Of a stretch of 20,530 nucleotides of DNA, positions 18,145-20,530 are shown in pieces. The position numbers and the translations under genes were made by a program. The stretch covers positions 1 through 20,530 of the forward strand of contig JBGAJQ010000084.1 of assembly GCA_044224875.1 (NCBI GenBank), read 5' to 3'. Within the stretch, counting starts at the first letter, position 1. Every line of letters starts with the position of its first letter. The notes below the pieces were generated by a model, which worked only from the letters and a program-made list of their open reading frames with translations, made no database searches and was not told the origin of the DNA. Origin of the DNA: Gemmatimonadaceae bacterium. Its GTDB lineage: Bacteria > Gemmatimonadota > Gemmatimonadetes > Gemmatimonadales > Gemmatimonadaceae.

Positions 18145-19525
18145 TTACGGGGTGTTGGCCCTTGCCCGGTCCGAGCGAATCCAGCGTATCGCTGACTGTA
18201 GGGCAACGTCCCGTCCCGCAATGAGATCCGTCCGCCGGAGGGGGGCCACTTCGTCCGGAATCACCCCGCGCCGGTCCAGACGGGTGCCCCGCTTGGTGAC
18301 AAAGTCCGCCACCACGTACATCAAAACGTCGTGGTTGGGAAGACGATACAGCGTCGCGGGCAGGGCCTGCCCGGCTGTGGTGTCGCCGAAGATGCGTGCT
18401 CGGCCGGCGTCCTGGAGTCCTGCCGCGAACATCTCCGAGGTGGACGCCGAATGCCGGTCCACCAGGACGGCCAGCGCGCCCGCGTAGGGCTCGACACGAC
18501 GGCCGTCACCAGAGGCGTGCTGCGGAATGGAGACGTAGCGCAGCTCCGTATCTCGCGTGCGCAGGATGCCTAACGTATCCTGGCGCGCCATGAACCACCC
18601 GGATGTTCCCATCACCATCGCCGCCACGCCGCCGAGGTTGCCACGCAGGTCCAGGATGATGCCGCGACACCCGCGAAACTCGCGCACGGCGCGCTCAAAC
18701 GGTGCCGCCAGGACGGGCATCCAGCTGGTGAAGCGAATGAGGCCCACGCAGCCATCGGGGTCCAGGAAGCGCTCGGTGGACAGCTGCGCCACGATCGGCG
18801 GCAAGTTGCCGAGTCGAACGATCTCGGCCGAGGAGGTCTGCCGCGTTACCGTCAGCTGCACCTTTCGGTCGCCGGGATCGCGGAGGGTCAGGCGAACCGG
18901 GCTCCCGTCATCGCCAGCCAGCCGACGTTGGATGGCCAAGGCAGCGTAGATGCCCGCCAGCCGGCGCTCGAAAGTGCCCTCGGTACGGGCGACCCCCCGC
19001 AGCAGGACACCCGCATCCAGGGAGTCCACGCGTTCCACGATCCAGCCCGTCGCCACACCGGCGGGCGCCTGCTCCCGTCAGCATCAACGTGCGTCACTAC
19101 GATCGAGCCGCCCGCCAGGCTGACGTCCACCCCCAGATCGCCGTGCTCGTGTATGCCCGCGTGCGCGGAGTCGGGGACGCAATCGCTTCGGACGGAATGA
19201 TCCCGTAGTGAGAATCGCCAAGCTTGGAAATGAGGTCGGTCAGGGCAATCCGCACCTCGCCAGCCGTGCGAGCGCGCTCAACACGCGGCCGGATCTCATC
19301 GCCGATCGCACTCCAATCCAACCCCTTCAACGACTTGTCGTAGTGTGTGTCGCGAATCAGCCGCCAGACGGTGTCGAACGCGGCAACGGCGAGCACGGAG
19401 TCCACGCGACCGCTGGCGCCGGCTGTCGACTGCGACGTGAGTCGGCGCGCGCACCCGGACGCCAAAACGGCACCGAGGAGCAGCACGGCGCGAAGCACGA
19501 GAGTTCGTCTGATGCGCATCTCCAT
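18145..19525 (-). pseudogene. S41-family peptidase lipoprotein split by two frameshifts (pseudogene or sequencing error)
   Basis: Frame A: lipobox LASG|C, FDTVW..I...HYD....GLDW, L.DSHY. Frame B: PDZ-like GDLGVDV...IVVTHV. Frame C: AGVATGW, ILDLRGNLGG, SASTSEMFA, G..TAGQ, GVIPD. Shifts occur near 19180 and 19065. Confidence 0.85.
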
Positions 19526-19549
19526 ACAGACGAGTCTGCATGGGATGTG

Positions 19550-19750
19550 TCATCGGTGTGTCGCTGCCACCAACCAGCCGCTAGCCAAGCACCCGGCGAT
19601 CCACATCCACCGGGCGTACGCCGCTGGTGCCAAACTGTATCGCAAACGTTCGCAACGGGTTACCGAGCCGAGTGCGGCGCTAGCGAACTGGGCATGACGC
19701 TCATCCGCCACTTGAAGGCGACCAAACCAGGTCCGAACTCCCAGCTCCAT
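19550..19750 (-). CDS. Possible small membrane protein (66 aa)
   Basis: Fills the gap between two minus-strand genes. GGAG lies about 11 nt before the ATG, and the C-terminus is hydrophobic (WMWIAGCLASGWLVAA). No known motif. Confidence 0.3.
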   Translation of the reverse strand: MELGVRTWFGRLQVADERHAQFASAALGSVTRCERLRYSLAPAAYARWMWIAGCLASGWLVAATHR

Positions 19751-19918
19751 GGCGTGCCCACTCCGTCGCCCACCCGCGCGGTGGCGTCAATTAGCGCCAC
19801 CGCGTCAGCAGCCGGTGGGAAGACGCCTGAGGCGAAGTGGTGACGTACGATGTGCCTGCGAGGCTCTGACCGACGGATGATATGGACGCGGGCGCCCACC
19901 GCCGCGGACACGGGAGAG

Positions 19919-20530
19919 CTATCGCTCCGGCAGCGCGTCCAGAAACTCCCTCAGGTACTTCCCCCAGATGGCCGGGATCGAGTGCGTGCCGTGCCCCCGC
20001 GTTTGGTCTGAGGTCGGAATCAGGATGTACTTGGCCCCTTTGACCTGGGCAATGAGCCGCTCCATGAGGCCGAGTTCCGGTGGGTTGACCGCGTCATCGG
20101 CCGAATTGATGGCCAGGACGGGCGTGGTAACCTGGCCCAACTGACTCGACGGATCGTAATCCCGTGAGGCGTCGAAGTAGTACAGCATGTCGTTGGCGTC
20201 CGTTGCAGCTGTGCGGCTCTCGATGTACCGGCGGATGAGCGAGTCGGCCGCCTCGCGCGTGGGCGCTTGGCGCTGCTGAACCAGCGGAGCGCTCGTCATC
20301 ATGAACAGCATCCCCTGCGCAGCACGGAGGCCGCGGGGCTGCGTCGTATAGTCCCCATTCCTCCACTCAGGATCGTCACGGATGTCGTCCATGATCATGC
20401 GACGCATCATGCGGTTGCGGCCGGCGATAGCCGTTGGCGCGCAGGCGAGAGGAGCGGCTCCGTCGGCGAATTGGGGGAATCATTCCACCCAAACCCATGC
20501 GTGCATGCACCCCATGGAGGTGCCCATGAC
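19919..20530 (-). CDS. Alpha/beta hydrolase, homoserine O-acetyltransferase-like family (5' partial, internal TGA at 20482-20480)
   Basis: One continuous frame from 20530 reads VMGTSMGCMHAWVWVE*FPQFAD..., giving the nucleophile elbow GTSMG. Downstream motifs: DPEW.NG.Y, DAND, VLAINSADD.VNPP and GHGTH. Confidence 0.85.

Larger units (their letters stand above)
227..18574. repeat. Dispersed hexamer GTTAGG (consensus cGTTAGGy), 20 copies
   Basis: Plus-strand starts: 227, 752, 812, 1391, 1562, 1884, 2801, 5405, 6516, 7496, 8118, 8934, 9542, 10251, 11041, 11838, 15547. Minus strand (CCTAAC on +): 16854, 16989, 18569. Counted by hand. Confidence 0.8.

Noticed and set aside
19640..19657. Short tandem TCGCAA(A)CG repeat as an operator site
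   Set aside because: Only two short imperfect copies with no supporting context, so it could be chance.
1..20530. CRISPR array, tRNA/rRNA, IS or prophage
   Set aside because: I saw no regularly spaced long repeats, RNA gene signatures, or transposase, integrase or phage proteins.

Overview
GC-rich bacterial chromosomal window (roughly two-thirds G+C by eye). Gene style suggests Gemmatimonadota, which is an inference. It holds about 13 genes: an AcrB-family RND permease with altered proton-relay residues, a 12-blade Kelch lipoprotein, a four-gene run (membrane-anchored sulfatase-like enzyme, LIC_10190-like polytopic membrane protein, secreted amidohydrolase, exported hypothetical protein), a convergent HD-GYP / PAS-GGDEF c-di-GMP pair, an M20 amidohydrolase, lspA, an exported protein, a frameshifted S41 peptidase and a partial alpha/beta hydrolase with an internal TGA. 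I found no RNA genes, mobile elements or CRISPR arrays. The most striking unexplained signal is the hexamer GTTAGG (usually cGTTAGGy), counted by hand 20 times. All 19 genic copies lie on the coding strand, they occur in all three reading frames, they use TTA/AGG codons that are normally rare at this GC content, and three form the stop codons of consecutive genes. Also seen are a correctly spaced sigma54 promoter ahead of an unannotated small ORF and the Kelch gene, and a sigma28-like promoter ahead of the diguanylate cyclase. The broken frames near the right end may be sequencing errors.
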